The notes under the pieces were generated by a model. The model worked only from the letters and a program-made list of their open reading frames with translations. It had not been told where the DNA came from and did no database searches. This document shows, piece by piece, positions 22,338 to 32,178 of a stretch of DNA of 35,945 nucleotides; position 1 is the first letter of the stretch, and each line of letters opens with the position of its first letter. The DNA is taken from the IMG/VR virus record IMGVR_UViG_3300030330_006157, positions 1 to 35,945 of that record; one strand, 5' to 3'. This DNA comes from a virus. A program made the translations under genes and the position numbers.

Positions 22338-23957
22338 TTATTGTGAATTTGAAGTTATTGGAGCTTGCCCAATTGCTAAACCACTTACTGGTCTAGTAGG
22401 AATTTGTCTGACACCAGAACCAATTTCATTCATTAGTTGATTTACTTTTTGTTTTTGTAATGCTTCAGCTGCCCTTCTTGCTGTTTGAGTGGTGGCAATA
22501 CCTGCCGCCATTCCACCAACTCCACCAGTTGCAAAACCTGCTGCACCACCAACAAATCTATTACCTAATATTCTAAATAAATCTGTAACTACTCCAGTAT
22601 CGGCAATCTTTTTTATTATCTTTTTTTCTTGCTCGCTAAAGCCTTTTAGTTTTTTATCATTGGTTACAAGAGTTCTAAATCCAGTTTTTATTGAAGTAGC
22701 CGGAGTATCTGTCAATTCAGCTTTTTCAACTATTTTTTCTATTTGCCTTAATTTCATTGCTTTAGAATAAAGCTTAGTTGCATCTTTTAATGTTCTAAAA
22801 CCTTTGTCAGCACCTACAACATCTTCTGGTTTGGCATTTTCTATAGCTTCTCTTAAAGTATTTTGTATACCCTGGTAAACTCGCCCTATGTCAGTAAAAT
22901 TACCAGTTTCTCTATTCCAAGCTTTATCACCAAATTTTAATTGTGTCAGCTCTTTATCTAGCGCTTCTACTGTTTCAAGATTTAAATTATCATTTTTTAA
23001 TTCTTCATCAAATCTTTTAATAAAACCTTTGAAAGGCTTTTCTCTACCAGCAATTTTTTCTGCTGTTGTGTTAGAGGCAAAATCTGCTTCTTTTACTTTT
23101 TTAATTAGTTTATTTACAAAATTAGTGTTTAACACACCTCCTTCTTCCTCAGCTCTTTTATAAGCCTGGCCAGCTAAATCTTTTACTTCTTCTGAAGTAA
23201 TTTTATCTAATTTTTTATTAGCAATTTCTTTTAATTTTTTAACAGGTAAAATTTTACTTGCTGCCTTAATAGCTGTATCCCCTATTTTCTGTCCGACAAT
23301 TCCACCTACTGCACCACTTACAGCACCTTCCTTAGCGCCCTCAAGTCCTTTTCCAATTTCGGACGTTCCAGCGCCATATAAAGCTCCAGCTCCTCCTCCA
23401 ACAATAGCAGCTCTTTTATTTCTTCCGGCTACTCTTTTTGCTAATTGCTGAGCTGCGGCTTTTCCAGCTTTTGTTGAGGCTGCCCCAATTCCACCTGCGA
23501 GTGATCCTGCAACCTCTCCAGCCAGAAATGATTTAGGATTTTGTCTTCTAGCTTCATCAATTTCAGCTTGAGATTCACCTTGAATTTGTTTGTAAATATC
23601 AACTATAGATTTACTAGCTTGTCCACCAGTGTCAAAACCTAACATGTCAGCAGCTTGTATTCCAGCGTAAGCTACTGGTGTCGCTAAACCAGATATTAAC
23701 TCATCTCCAAAACCAAAAGTTGCACCTTGTCCAGCTCCTACAAACGCAGATTCAGCTGGCGAAATTTCTTGTTGTCTTGGCGCTATTGGTTGAGCAACTT
23801 CTTCTTGTATTGTTTCTTGTGATTGAGGTGTTTCAATTTGTTCATCAAGCTGAATTAGACCTCTATTTACAGCCTCTTCAAAGACAACTTTTTTATCATC
23901 TGGAAGAATGCCTCTTTTATAGGCTTCTTTAAATATTTCTATTTTATCTTTATCCAT
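22338..23957 (-). CDS. Gly/Ala-rich virion protein (internal/ejection protein candidate)
   Basis: 539 aa with several GxxxG/A-rich hydrophobic stretches (GAGQGATFGFG, AGEVAGSLAGGIGAAS, GGAAGFATGGVGGMAAGIA). Its position corresponds to the T7-type internal-protein block. Confidence 0.45.
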   Translation of the reverse strand: MDKDKIEIFKEAYKRGILPDDKKVVFEEAVNRGLIQLDEQIETPQSQETIQEEVAQPIAPRQQEISPAESAFVGAGQGATFGFGDELISGLATPVAYAGIQAADMLGFDTGGQASKSIVDIYKQIQGESQAEIDEARRQNPKSFLAGEVAGSLAGGIGAASTKAGKAAAQQLAKRVAGRNKRAAIVGGGAGALYGAGTSEIGKGLEGAKEGAVSGAVGGIVGQKIGDTAIKAASKILPVKKLKEIANKKLDKITSEEVKDLAGQAYKRAEEEGGVLNTNFVNKLIKKVKEADFASNTTAEKIAGREKPFKGFIKRFDEELKNDNLNLETVEALDKELTQLKFGDKAWNRETGNFTDIGRVYQGIQNTLREAIENAKPEDVVGADKGFRTLKDATKLYSKAMKLRQIEKIVEKAELTDTPATSIKTGFRTLVTNDKKLKGFSEQEKKIIKKIADTGVVTDLFRILGNRFVGGAAGFATGGVGGMAAGIATTQTARRAAEALQKQKVNQLMNEIGSGVRQIPTRPVSGLAIGQAPITSNSQ

Positions 23958-23958
23958 A

Positions 23959-25152
23959 TTATGAATTTAATGATCTTAATATTTCTTCATTGGTCATGCT
24001 TTCCAGTTTTTCTCTTCTCGAAGGTTTTTTATTTAAAAATCTTTTAACATCCCCTAAAATAGAACTTCTTTCGTCTTTTGATAAATTTACAGATTCAATG
24101 TTTTTAGTTAACTCATTCCACTTTTGTTTCTGGTAACTTTTCCATGCACTTCCAAATGATTGACCCTTTGCATTTAAATTTAACGCAGATCCATTATCGT
24201 TTACCCACTGAGTTATAAAAGCTGGCCTTTCGCTTAAAATATCACTAGCTATCTTCTTTCTTTGTAATATTGCTCTATTTGCAGCATTGGTTTTATTAAG
24301 TCCAGCTGTAGTTAATAGGGCTACTAATAACTCTCTATTACTATCATTACCGCCAAACAATTGAAGCGCTTTTGCCCCTAAACCTGTAGCTAAAGCTTCA
24401 AATCGCTGATATTTTGTCAACGAATCAGGGCTAACCGTTCCTAAAGTTAATGCGTCGACAATTTCCGCTCCTTTTGCCAATACTCTTGGGCCCGGTCCTG
24501 TTTCAATTTCTTCATTAAGTTTAATTAATTCATTAATTTCCGCTAAAGCAGAATCCGCTGCATCTGCTTTTTCAAATGCTCGATCAATAAGTTTTTCATC
24601 AGGTTTAGTTAGTTTAGGTCCGGTATTAATATTAATCTGATTGGGTTTCCTTTGTATTGCTTGTATTTGAGTTCCATCTTTTGTTTTTACAGGAAATACA
24701 TCACCTGTACTTTTATCAATCCGAACAGTACCTCTCGGTGTTTCTCTAAGTTCAAAATTAGGTTTTCTAGGGGTAAATTGACTTTTAGTAATATCTATAG
24801 CTAATTGATCTTGAGCCGCATTAGGTAAATTAGAAAACAAATCTCTTTGCTCTTCAGGTAAATTTGCAGCAAATTGTTGCCTCATCATGTCACGATCTTC
24901 AGCTTCTCGTATTTGAGCCTGATTATATTGCCCTAAAGCTTTATCAGCTCTACGTCTTTCTAAGCCCATTGCTAAAGCTAAAGGAATAGCAGCAAGTGAA
25001 TTTTGACCAAGCGCTTGTTGATAAGCTTGCATACTTCTTTGAGCATTTTGAGCTTGTTGTTTGTAAGCCAACCCTAGTTGCTCTGAAGGTGTTACTCTTT
25101 GCCCTCCAGAGTTATTAGCTGATAAAATAAATTGTGATAAATCTATTGCCAT
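23959..25152 (-). CDS. Virion protein, function unknown (internal protein candidate)
   Basis: 397-aa ORF whose start and stop abut or overlap its neighbours. Confidence 0.45.
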   Translation of the reverse strand: MAIDLSQFILSANNSGGQRVTPSEQLGLAYKQQAQNAQRSMQAYQQALGQNSLAAIPLALAMGLERRRADKALGQYNQAQIREAEDRDMMRQQFAANLPEEQRDLFSNLPNAAQDQLAIDITKSQFTPRKPNFELRETPRGTVRIDKSTGDVFPVKTKDGTQIQAIQRKPNQININTGPKLTKPDEKLIDRAFEKADAADSALAEINELIKLNEEIETGPGPRVLAKGAEIVDALTLGTVSPDSLTKYQRFEALATGLGAKALQLFGGNDSNRELLVALLTTAGLNKTNAANRAILQRKKIASDILSERPAFITQWVNDNGSALNLNAKGQSFGSAWKSYQKQKWNELTKNIESVNLSKDERSSILGDVKRFLNKKPSRREKLESMTNEEILRSLNS

Positions 25153-26111
25153 TAGTTAATTTCTTTAAATTCAATATCTAGTAAGCTGTAATCGACTGCT
25201 AAATAGCCATCTTTTACTATTACCGCTTCAGGTTTAATTTTTTGAAGATCTTGAGCCATTGCACCTTGATAGGTTTTTGAAGGATCAGATTTATACTTAA
25301 AGCTATATTTTTTATATCCTTGAGGTGATGTACCTAAATATTTAATATCCTCTTTTAATCTTTCATCAGACATTGCCATAGCGCCAGCTCCAATTATTCC
25401 ACTTAATAATTGAGTTCTGCGTGCTTGATCTGCTTGATACTGTTGCTGATTTAAAGCGTCTACCCCTTGCTGAATTGCCGCCGTATTAATAGGAGCAACA
25501 TTACCAAATAATTGTGCATTGATTCCGCCTGTTGCTGATCCTGCTTCAGCAAATCTTCTTGCTCTTTGTGCCTCACCAAGTCTAGTAAGATCTTTTGCTT
25601 CGCTAATACCAGATAATATTGCTTGTGATAATAAAGCGCGCCTTTCATCTTGTTGAGCTTGGTTAAGATCTCGCATAGATGTTCTATAAGCATCGCTATT
25701 CATACCCAAACCTCTGTTTGCCAAATCAATCTCACGTCTTCTCATGTTACGCTGCTGTAAAGGATCTAGCCTTTCCATGCCTCGATTGTAAATTTGATCT
25801 ATAACTTTATTGGAAATACCCTCAAAATCTGCAATTGAAGGCGCACGAGAACCGTATAACGATTGCGCTAATCTTTCTTGTGATTCTCTAATTCCTCTTT
25901 GAGAATCAGTTTCATTAATATTTAATGTAGTTCTTCCGTCCGGCGTTTTTGTAAATGTTCTTGAGCCAAAAGGAGAATTAATATTATAATTATTTGCTAG
26001 TTCTTGCTGTCTAATTGTTTCTGCTGCACTTTGAGGTTTTGGACCAGAACCACCACTAAATGCGTCAAATAAACCTCTTCCTATTCCTGTTGCTGCGTCA
26101 TAAAATCCCAT
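25152..26111 (-). CDS. Virion protein with a C-terminal S74-type intramolecular chaperone domain
   Basis: The last 72 aa, SDERLKEDIKYLGTSPQGYKKYSFKYKSDPSKTYQGAMAQDLQKIKPEAVIVKDGYLAVDYSLL, match the SDxRLKxxI...G.mAQ....P..V......vdY signature. Confidence 0.65.
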   Translation of the reverse strand: MGFYDAATGIGRGLFDAFSGGSGPKPQSAAETIRQQELANNYNINSPFGSRTFTKTPDGRTTLNINETDSQRGIRESQERLAQSLYGSRAPSIADFEGISNKVIDQIYNRGMERLDPLQQRNMRRREIDLANRGLGMNSDAYRTSMRDLNQAQQDERRALLSQAILSGISEAKDLTRLGEAQRARRFAEAGSATGGINAQLFGNVAPINTAAIQQGVDALNQQQYQADQARRTQLLSGIIGAGAMAMSDERLKEDIKYLGTSPQGYKKYSFKYKSDPSKTYQGAMAQDLQKIKPEAVIVKDGYLAVDYSLLDIEFKEIN

Positions 26112-26112
26112 T

Positions 26113-27648
26113 TTAAATTGTGTTTAAATTGTATGAATATAAAATACTGTAAAGATTTACCAACTGACCCCTAATTTGGAATCGTAGATGAAAACTTAAG
26201 TACGTACCATCGCCGTTAGTATCAAATTCTAACGTTCTAATTGTCAAAGCAGGACTCCATGGTGTGGTGTCCCATAATACCGTGTCCCATTGCACCCCAG
26301 AGCCGCAGGTAACGATTTCTGCATCTTGAAGGATAGAATCCACAAAATCATAATCAAGTGCGTTCTCAGGTTCAAAAGGGGCTGCTGAAGCATATGTTAA
26401 TCTATAAAAATTTGGATCTTTTCTTAGTGGCGTACCAAAGTCATTCCAAGCAGTTCTTAAGGTTACTTCTATATTTTGTCCATCATCACTAAATCCCTTG
26501 TCTGCTTGATAGATTTTTTGATCACCACCAAAATATAATTTATTATCAACTACAGCAAAGCATCTAGCATTCATGCCTGTAAATTTACAGCCTGTTGATG
26601 TTCCTATTTTGGTATTAAAAATTAACTGCTCATAGGTATCATTGGTAGCTACTGGAATGTTAATTATTAACCAGTTGCCAAAAGAATAATGTAGCAACTC
26701 CCAGCCGTAATTAGAACCGTACTTATTAACTGCTTCTTTAATCGCACCAGTAAGTTTGGTAGTACCTTCTGGTGAGTCTTGTCCTGTTATAGTAACTTGC
26801 TGCAATGAAGTAACATCATGTTCGTTAAGAACTAGTAAATCACCGCCTGAATTGATAATTGCCTTTTGTGAAATTGGCTGGCTCATATGATAGCTACCAA
26901 CTATCCGCCAATCCGTTGCTGAAGATGGATCTGTTCCTTGATAAACAATAACCTCACCTGTTGACATAAAGACTGCTAGTCTTTGCTCAATATCATAGCG
27001 CCCATCACTAGACCAACTTGCGCAGTTTATTACATTACCACCGTGTTTAGCTACAAACTCTAAAGGAAATCTACTTAATGGCCCTGAAATAGCATTAACA
27101 CCACCATAATAAAATGCACATTCCACTGCATTCCAAGTAATTAAGAATGTTTTAAATACTGTCATTCCGACTAAGCTGGAAGGTGTCAAACCACCAGCAG
27201 TAAAAGTATTAGTGGTTAAAGTTGTACCGTCATACTTTAATGGGTCGTCAACACCATTAAAAAGCAAAAGGTGATTGTTCATCATGCCACCGTACCAACG
27301 GCTATTGGAGTAACCAGTGCCGATTTGCGTTAGACCTGCCGTATCAATTCCTGTATAAAAATTGCCACCGGATACTGATATTAATTGAGTATCTGTATCA
27401 GATCTATATTCAAAGAGTGACTCAACATCTGCTGGTAAACCGCTTACCGCTTCTTCAAAGCCTCTGCGAGTAACCGCCTTGTCAACATCAGGAATAATGT
27501 TAGTCATTACTACTGCATCGTTAGGTGGTAATGAAGCAAGTGGTGATACCGTGTTAAGTCCACCAGTTGCCACTGGTAAAACTATTGCTTGTGATTGATT
27601 ATTTCTTTCTTGGGCTAAAGAATTAACATTTGTAAATGCCCTAACCAT
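26113..27648 (-). CDS. Tail tubular B/nozzle-like structural protein (by position)
   Basis: 511 aa. The call rests on gene order after the adaptor-like gene. Confidence 0.35.
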   Translation of the reverse strand: MVRAFTNVNSLAQERNNQSQAIVLPVATGGLNTVSPLASLPPNDAVVMTNIIPDVDKAVTRRGFEEAVSGLPADVESLFEYRSDTDTQLISVSGGNFYTGIDTAGLTQIGTGYSNSRWYGGMMNNHLLLFNGVDDPLKYDGTTLTTNTFTAGGLTPSSLVGMTVFKTFLITWNAVECAFYYGGVNAISGPLSRFPLEFVAKHGGNVINCASWSSDGRYDIEQRLAVFMSTGEVIVYQGTDPSSATDWRIVGSYHMSQPISQKAIINSGGDLLVLNEHDVTSLQQVTITGQDSPEGTTKLTGAIKEAVNKYGSNYGWELLHYSFGNWLIINIPVATNDTYEQLIFNTKIGTSTGCKFTGMNARCFAVVDNKLYFGGDQKIYQADKGFSDDGQNIEVTLRTAWNDFGTPLRKDPNFYRLTYASAAPFEPENALDYDFVDSILQDAEIVTCGSGVQWDTVLWDTTPWSPALTIRTLEFDTNGDGTYLSFHLRFQIRGQLVNLYSILYSYNLNTI

Positions 27649-28361
27649 TATGGTATAATTGGCAAAGGTTGATAATAATACATCGGATTGCCATTGGTAG
27701 GAATCGTTGTATTCATGTAAACATCGCCAGGGGCTTTGTCTTGCGCTATTCTTTCTCTTAAATCTTCATCTGCTTCTAATTTAGCTTCTGCATATGGTTT
27801 GCCTTTGAACTGCAAATATCGCCATCTCGCTTCTAATTCGATCGAAAACTCATCAAGTACCGAAGTATCAGTATCTGCTAGCCAATCTGTCTGTCTTACA
27901 AATAAAGCACTTTCAATTGGCGTATTTTGTATATAGCGATAGCTAACACTTTCTACCGCAGTAGGTACTGGCAGAATCTCAAATTTCTTTTGTCTGATTT
28001 GCCAAAAATACATAGGACCAACTGCTTTAAGCATTCCTTTCGTATATAGCTGCCATGTAGCATCGCTTTGCGGTCCTTGGAATTTCCAGCGTGTTGTATC
28101 ATTGTAGATACTATTATTTATAATCTTGTTGCCAGAAATGTCCGACGGCAAGTCATAACCAGAAACTCCATTTGCGGTATTAAATGTGTGAGTACTTGTT
28201 AATGCTTGCCAATCATGACTTCGAGCGATATATTTTGTAGCCCTCTTGATTGATGAGAAAAGCTGAACAGCAGTAGAGTTGTTATTGCCAACAATGCTAG
28301 TAGGTATCTGTCCATCTTTTGTATCTTGAGCTATATTTTGTGCAATACTTAATAGTGTCAT
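27648..28361 (-). CDS. Head-tail adaptor / tail tubular A-like protein (by position)
   Basis: 237 aa. The call rests on gene order; the gene shares a 1-nt overlap with the downstream gene. Confidence 0.35.
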   Translation of the reverse strand: MTLLSIAQNIAQDTKDGQIPTSIVGNNNSTAVQLFSSIKRATKYIARSHDWQALTSTHTFNTANGVSGYDLPSDISGNKIINNSIYNDTTRWKFQGPQSDATWQLYTKGMLKAVGPMYFWQIRQKKFEILPVPTAVESVSYRYIQNTPIESALFVRQTDWLADTDTSVLDEFSIELEARWRYLQFKGKPYAEAKLEADEDLRERIAQDKAPGDVYMNTTIPTNGNPMYYYQPLPIIP

Positions 28362-28774
28362 TTAGTCTTTTTTTTAGCAGAAGATTTTGCTTCTTTTTCT
28401 TTTACGTAAAGCTCAAAAGCTTCTGTGTATTTGTTTATTTCGCCAGGCGTTGCCTGTCTGCGCACCACGATAGTTTTGTCAACTGGCTGTGCTTTATATA
28501 TATAAATATCGTTACCATCATAAATCTGCCCTGTAAATGGGTGTTCGTCACCAATTTTTATTTCAATTGGCTTATCTTCATAATCTACTGTCAAAAATAT
28601 TTTTTTTAATGTCTCGCCTCGTTTATCTTTAAGCGGATAATCATAAAATCCAACTTCTTCTTTATAGTTTAATGGTGATCCGTCTTTGTCATATCCTTCT
28701 GTAGCAGAATATTGGACTAAAGGTGGCATTTCTTCTTTTACTAAAATTTTAGCAACAGGCTTAATTTGAGACAT
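28358..28774 (-). CDS. Hypothetical structural protein
   Basis: 138-aa ORF, first gene after the capsid-block terminator. Confidence 0.5.
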   Translation of the reverse strand: MSQIKPVAKILVKEEMPPLVQYSATEGYDKDGSPLNYKEEVGFYDYPLKDKRGETLKKIFLTVDYEDKPIEIKIGDEHPFTGQIYDGNDIYIYKAQPVDKTIVVRRQATPGEINKYTEAFELYVKEKEAKSSAKKKTK

Positions 28775-28789
28775 AAAATATTTATTTAA

Positions 28790-28823
28790 TTAATAAAAAG
28801 GGAGCTGACACTTGCCAGCCCCC
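28790..28823 (-). terminator. Rho-independent terminator after the capsid block
   Basis: The minus-strand RNA reads gggggcug-gcaagugu-cagcuccc: an 8-bp stem (one G-U pair) followed by UUUUUAUU. Confidence 0.7.
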
Positions 28824-28846
28824 AAGGTAAAGCATAAAACAAAAAC

Positions 28847-29545
28847 CTATGAGAACGGAGTTGCTAAAACGCCTGAACCATTCTGTAAACCTTGTACAGA
28901 ATAGATTCCAGCAGCAATATCAATGATCTCAAATTTATCACCACGTCCACCACCAGTAGTAGTACCGTTTAAGGTAATAGTAGTACCAGTTGCCTCAAAA
29001 GAGGTAGCTGTATTATCAGCAGCAGATCTAATAATAGTTCCGCCATGATAAGAAGTTCCACCAGGAGCGGTAATAGTAATAGAGTTGCTAGTCACAGTTT
29101 CTCCAACGATAAGTGTGAATTTGTTACCAGAACCAGTTGCAGCAGGAACTGTAACTGCTAAACCAGCAGCATTAGATAAAACCACAACTACGTTGTCAAA
29201 GGTTTTAGATAATGCCAAAGGTCCTGCAGAGGTATCAGTATAAACACCGCCGACAATTGGTTTGATTTTGTACCAGCCATATTGGTTAGCAACGTTAGCA
29301 GACATTGCTTCTGCTCTAATACCGCTGCCAGAACCATTAGCTAATTCTGAAGCAAAAACTGTTTCATCAATATAAACATCGGTACCTTCTACAGTTCCCG
29401 CAAAACCAGTAGCGTAAATATACTCATTTACTACACCAGTTGAGGAATCAATAGCAGATACTACAGTGCCTAGATCAATGTATTTTTTAGTTGAAGTTTC
29501 GTTTATTGCCTGAGGTATAATCTCAGAGCTTGTAATTGTAAACAT
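28847..29545 (-). CDS. Capsid-associated protein (decoration or minor capsid candidate)
   Basis: 232 aa, Gly/Thr-rich, immediately downstream of the major capsid gene and upstream of the terminator. Confidence 0.4.
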   Translation of the reverse strand: MFTITSSEIIPQAINETSTKKYIDLGTVVSAIDSSTGVVNEYIYATGFAGTVEGTDVYIDETVFASELANGSGSGIRAEAMSANVANQYGWYKIKPIVGGVYTDTSAGPLALSKTFDNVVVVLSNAAGLAVTVPAATGSGNKFTLIVGETVTSNSITITAPGGTSYHGGTIIRSAADNTATSFEATGTTITLNGTTTGGGRGDKFEIIDIAAGIYSVQGLQNGSGVLATPFS

Positions 29546-29570
29546 AATTTTGTAATTTAATGTTGATAGA

Positions 29571-30530
29571 TTAAGCGATCAAGACACCTTGAGTTCTACA
29601 GTTGCTGATTGTAAAGTTACCTTGACAATAGACTGGAATTACTCTAGCCAACTGATTCACTACTTCTCTTTCTTTGTCATAGTTAAATAACTTAGTTCCT
29701 AAGTGCTTAAAGCTTATATAATCAGTATTTAGGAAGTAAGCATGGTTAGCAGGACAATTTGGATCGTAGATTACGTTAGCATTTTTGTATCTAAGAACAT
29801 CAAAACCAGCTTCAGCTAGTTTAGAAGATGCGTGTCTTTGGATAGTTTGCTGTGAATCTTCAAAGAAGCCCATATAGTTGTCGTCCATAGTGATTAGATC
29901 TGGTACGATGTTAGCACCTTGCACTTGACACTTTCTGTACAACTTGTTCATTTGACCTAAGATGGTAGTTGCAGAAGCAGCAAGACCGTCAGCAGCAAAA
30001 GATTGAGTTTGGTTTCTCCAAACTGCATAGTTTGCTCTGTTAATGCCACCTACAGTACCAACTGCCGGGTTGTCAGCAACTAAAAGTTGAAGACCAGCAG
30101 GGTCAAGAGCTACAGCACCGTTAGAGTAAGTGTGAACGCCCATTGTATTTGATAAAGTGTTGTTAAGAACTTCTACTTCAGCAGAAACTAAATCGATCAA
30201 TCTTTCTCTACCAGCGTTTTGATTCTCTTCAAATTTAGAGAATGAAACTGAACCAGTGATGAATTTTTGAGCGAAATCAGCGTAAGTGATGTTGTCTTGT
30301 GGAGTAGTGTTAATTAGATCCCACTCACCCTGAGACTTCACGTTGCTGTTTTCAGCGTAAGTAATTTTTTCACGAAAAAGAGAACCGCCGCCTTCACGAG
30401 CGATTTTGTTTTTCTCACGCATCATAAACCATAATGCATTGTTGTTAGAGATGTTGTCTACTAAAATGTTCGACATTTGCTCTAACGTTACTGCGGTCAA
30501 TTGACCTAATAAACCTTGTGGATTTGCCAT
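29571..30530 (-). CDS. Major capsid protein
   Basis: 319 aa. The position directly after the scaffold gene, and the size and composition, fit podovirus HK97-fold capsid proteins. Confidence 0.7.
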   Translation of the reverse strand: MANPQGLLGQLTAVTLEQMSNILVDNISNNNALWFMMREKNKIAREGGGSLFREKITYAENSNVKSQGEWDLINTTPQDNITYADFAQKFITGSVSFSKFEENQNAGRERLIDLVSAEVEVLNNTLSNTMGVHTYSNGAVALDPAGLQLLVADNPAVGTVGGINRANYAVWRNQTQSFAADGLAASATTILGQMNKLYRKCQVQGANIVPDLITMDDNYMGFFEDSQQTIQRHASSKLAEAGFDVLRYKNANVIYDPNCPANHAYFLNTDYISFKHLGTKLFNYDKEREVVNQLARVIPVYCQGNFTISNCRTQGVLIA

Positions 30531-30566
30531 TTTAATTTTAAATTTATGTTAGTTAATTAAAAATTA

Positions 30567-31613
30567 TTAACTAGAGATAGAATCATAAATACTACCAACA
30601 AGATCACGGTAATTAGTTTTAGCATAAGGGTTACGTTTTGGTGGAGCTGTTACCGTTTCCACTTTTTTTGACCTTATAGTTTGACCATTAAGCTGCTTAG
30701 CTCTGTTTACCTGTTCTTGATTAGTATTATTTACTTGGTTTGTAATAACTTTATTTCTTAATTCTTGATTTGAGTAAACAGCGGTTTCATAGGCTTGTCG
30801 CAAAAGCTCCCTGTCTGACATTCGGTCATAGCGGGGATTGGAAAGCATACTGGAAACAACAAAAGACATATCATCACGAACTTCATTGAAATATGGTCTA
30901 ATTTTGTTACCATTGCTGTCAACTTCATTTTCAAGATCCAAAACAAGTTTATTACGCTCCTCAACAAGCTTTGCTTGCTCTCTTGATTCATAATCTTGTA
31001 ATTTTTTTTCTAATTGACTAACTTTACTATTATATTTTTCATCAATGATTCTTTCATTTTCTGTAAAATCATAAAGATCAGAATCAGATGAAGTACCAGT
31101 TTGATCGTCGTTAAGGTTAACATTATGCTCTTTTGCTAAAGCTTTAAGGGTCTCCGCAGGGTTGCGATAGAATTTATCAGCAAAGTCAATTGAATGCTCG
31201 ATCTGACCAAGTGTTCTATCGTCGATGTTTTCCACTCCGTAGTTCTTAAGCTTGTCACCTAATCTATTGACAATCTTGTTTTTTTCGCCCAATTCAGTTT
31301 GTTTTCTGTCAAAGTTCGCTCTGATTTTGTTGTGCGCCTCGATTACGGCTTGTTGTGCTGCAACGTCATCTAGCTTTTCGACATACTCCCTAACTGAAGG
31401 GTCGATATTATTTAAATTTAAAGAGTTATCCACAGGCTCTTCGGACGGCATTTGACCCTCTTGTTGAACTTGTGATACATCTTCTTTTACTTTTTCATTG
31501 CTTGAAGCGGCGCTATCAGCGACCCCCTCATTTGTACTTTGATCTTGCTCAATAACCTCTTCTTCAAGAGAATTGGCATTTTGCTCAACCAAGGCACGAA
31601 TTTCGTTATTCAT
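30567..31613 (-). CDS. Scaffolding protein
   Basis: 348 aa, acidic and helical with coiled-coil character, between the portal block and the capsid gene. Confidence 0.6.
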   Translation of the reverse strand: MNNEIRALVEQNANSLEEEVIEQDQSTNEGVADSAASSNEKVKEDVSQVQQEGQMPSEEPVDNSLNLNNIDPSVREYVEKLDDVAAQQAVIEAHNKIRANFDRKQTELGEKNKIVNRLGDKLKNYGVENIDDRTLGQIEHSIDFADKFYRNPAETLKALAKEHNVNLNDDQTGTSSDSDLYDFTENERIIDEKYNSKVSQLEKKLQDYESREQAKLVEERNKLVLDLENEVDSNGNKIRPYFNEVRDDMSFVVSSMLSNPRYDRMSDRELLRQAYETAVYSNQELRNKVITNQVNNTNQEQVNRAKQLNGQTIRSKKVETVTAPPKRNPYAKTNYRDLVGSIYDSISS

Positions 31614-31621
31614 ATATTATT

Positions 31622-31858
31622 TTATTTATTAATAATTTTTGAAGCTTCTTCAACTGCTCTTCTTATGTTGTTTGATACCATTCTGTCGTTATCACGCTTA
31701 ATCGCTGCTCGATCTACTTTGTAGTCTTTCACGTGCAGGTCATTGCGTTTTAAATGCTCATTATAAGCATGTTTTGTTGTAACCACTGTGCCATCGCCCA
31801 TTGGTATTCCGCCATATTTATTAATATAGCTGTTTACAGATAGATCTTCTTTAGACAT
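31622..31858 (-). CDS. Hypothetical protein
   Basis: 78-aa ORF. Confidence 0.5.
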   Translation of the reverse strand: MSKEDLSVNSYINKYGGIPMGDGTVVTTKHAYNEHLKRNDLHVKDYKVDRAAIKRDNDRMVSNNIRRAVEEASKIINK

Positions 31859-31894
31859 ATAGAAGGATTTATTAATATTAATATATTGTGGTGA

Positions 31895-32032
31895 TTATTT
31901 CTTTTTCTTCTTGCCTTTACCTGCCTTTGACAATGCTATTGCTATTGCCTGTTTTTGAGGCGTGCCATATCTCATTTCAGTTTTAATGTTTTCAGATATG
32001 ACTTTTTTTGATTTTCCTGATTTAAGTGGCAT
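31895..32032 (-). CDS. Lys-rich microprotein (45 aa; below the track cutoff)
   Basis: Translation is [45 protein letters not shown]. Its ATG overlaps the upstream stop (TAATG). Confidence 0.55.
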   Translation of the reverse strand: MPLKSGKSKKVISENIKTEMRYGTPQKQAIAIALSKAGKGKKKKK

Positions 32033-32178
32033 TATTTCTTTTTATTTTTTTTGCTATTTGGAAAGCCAGCCTTCATGTTAGCATAGGCTTTAGCAGATAT
32101 GGTTGATTTACTTTTAGGTCTGCTAGTACCTGCTTTACGTCTAGCGTTGATATTTGCGTATAATCCTTTCTTAGGCAT
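32032..32178 (-). CDS. Lys-rich microprotein (48 aa; below the track cutoff)
   Basis: Translation is [48 protein letters not shown]. Its ATG overlaps the portal stop (ATGCCTAA). Confidence 0.55.
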   Translation of the reverse strand: MPKKGLYANINARRKAGTSRPKSKSTISAKAYANMKAGFPNSKKNKKK

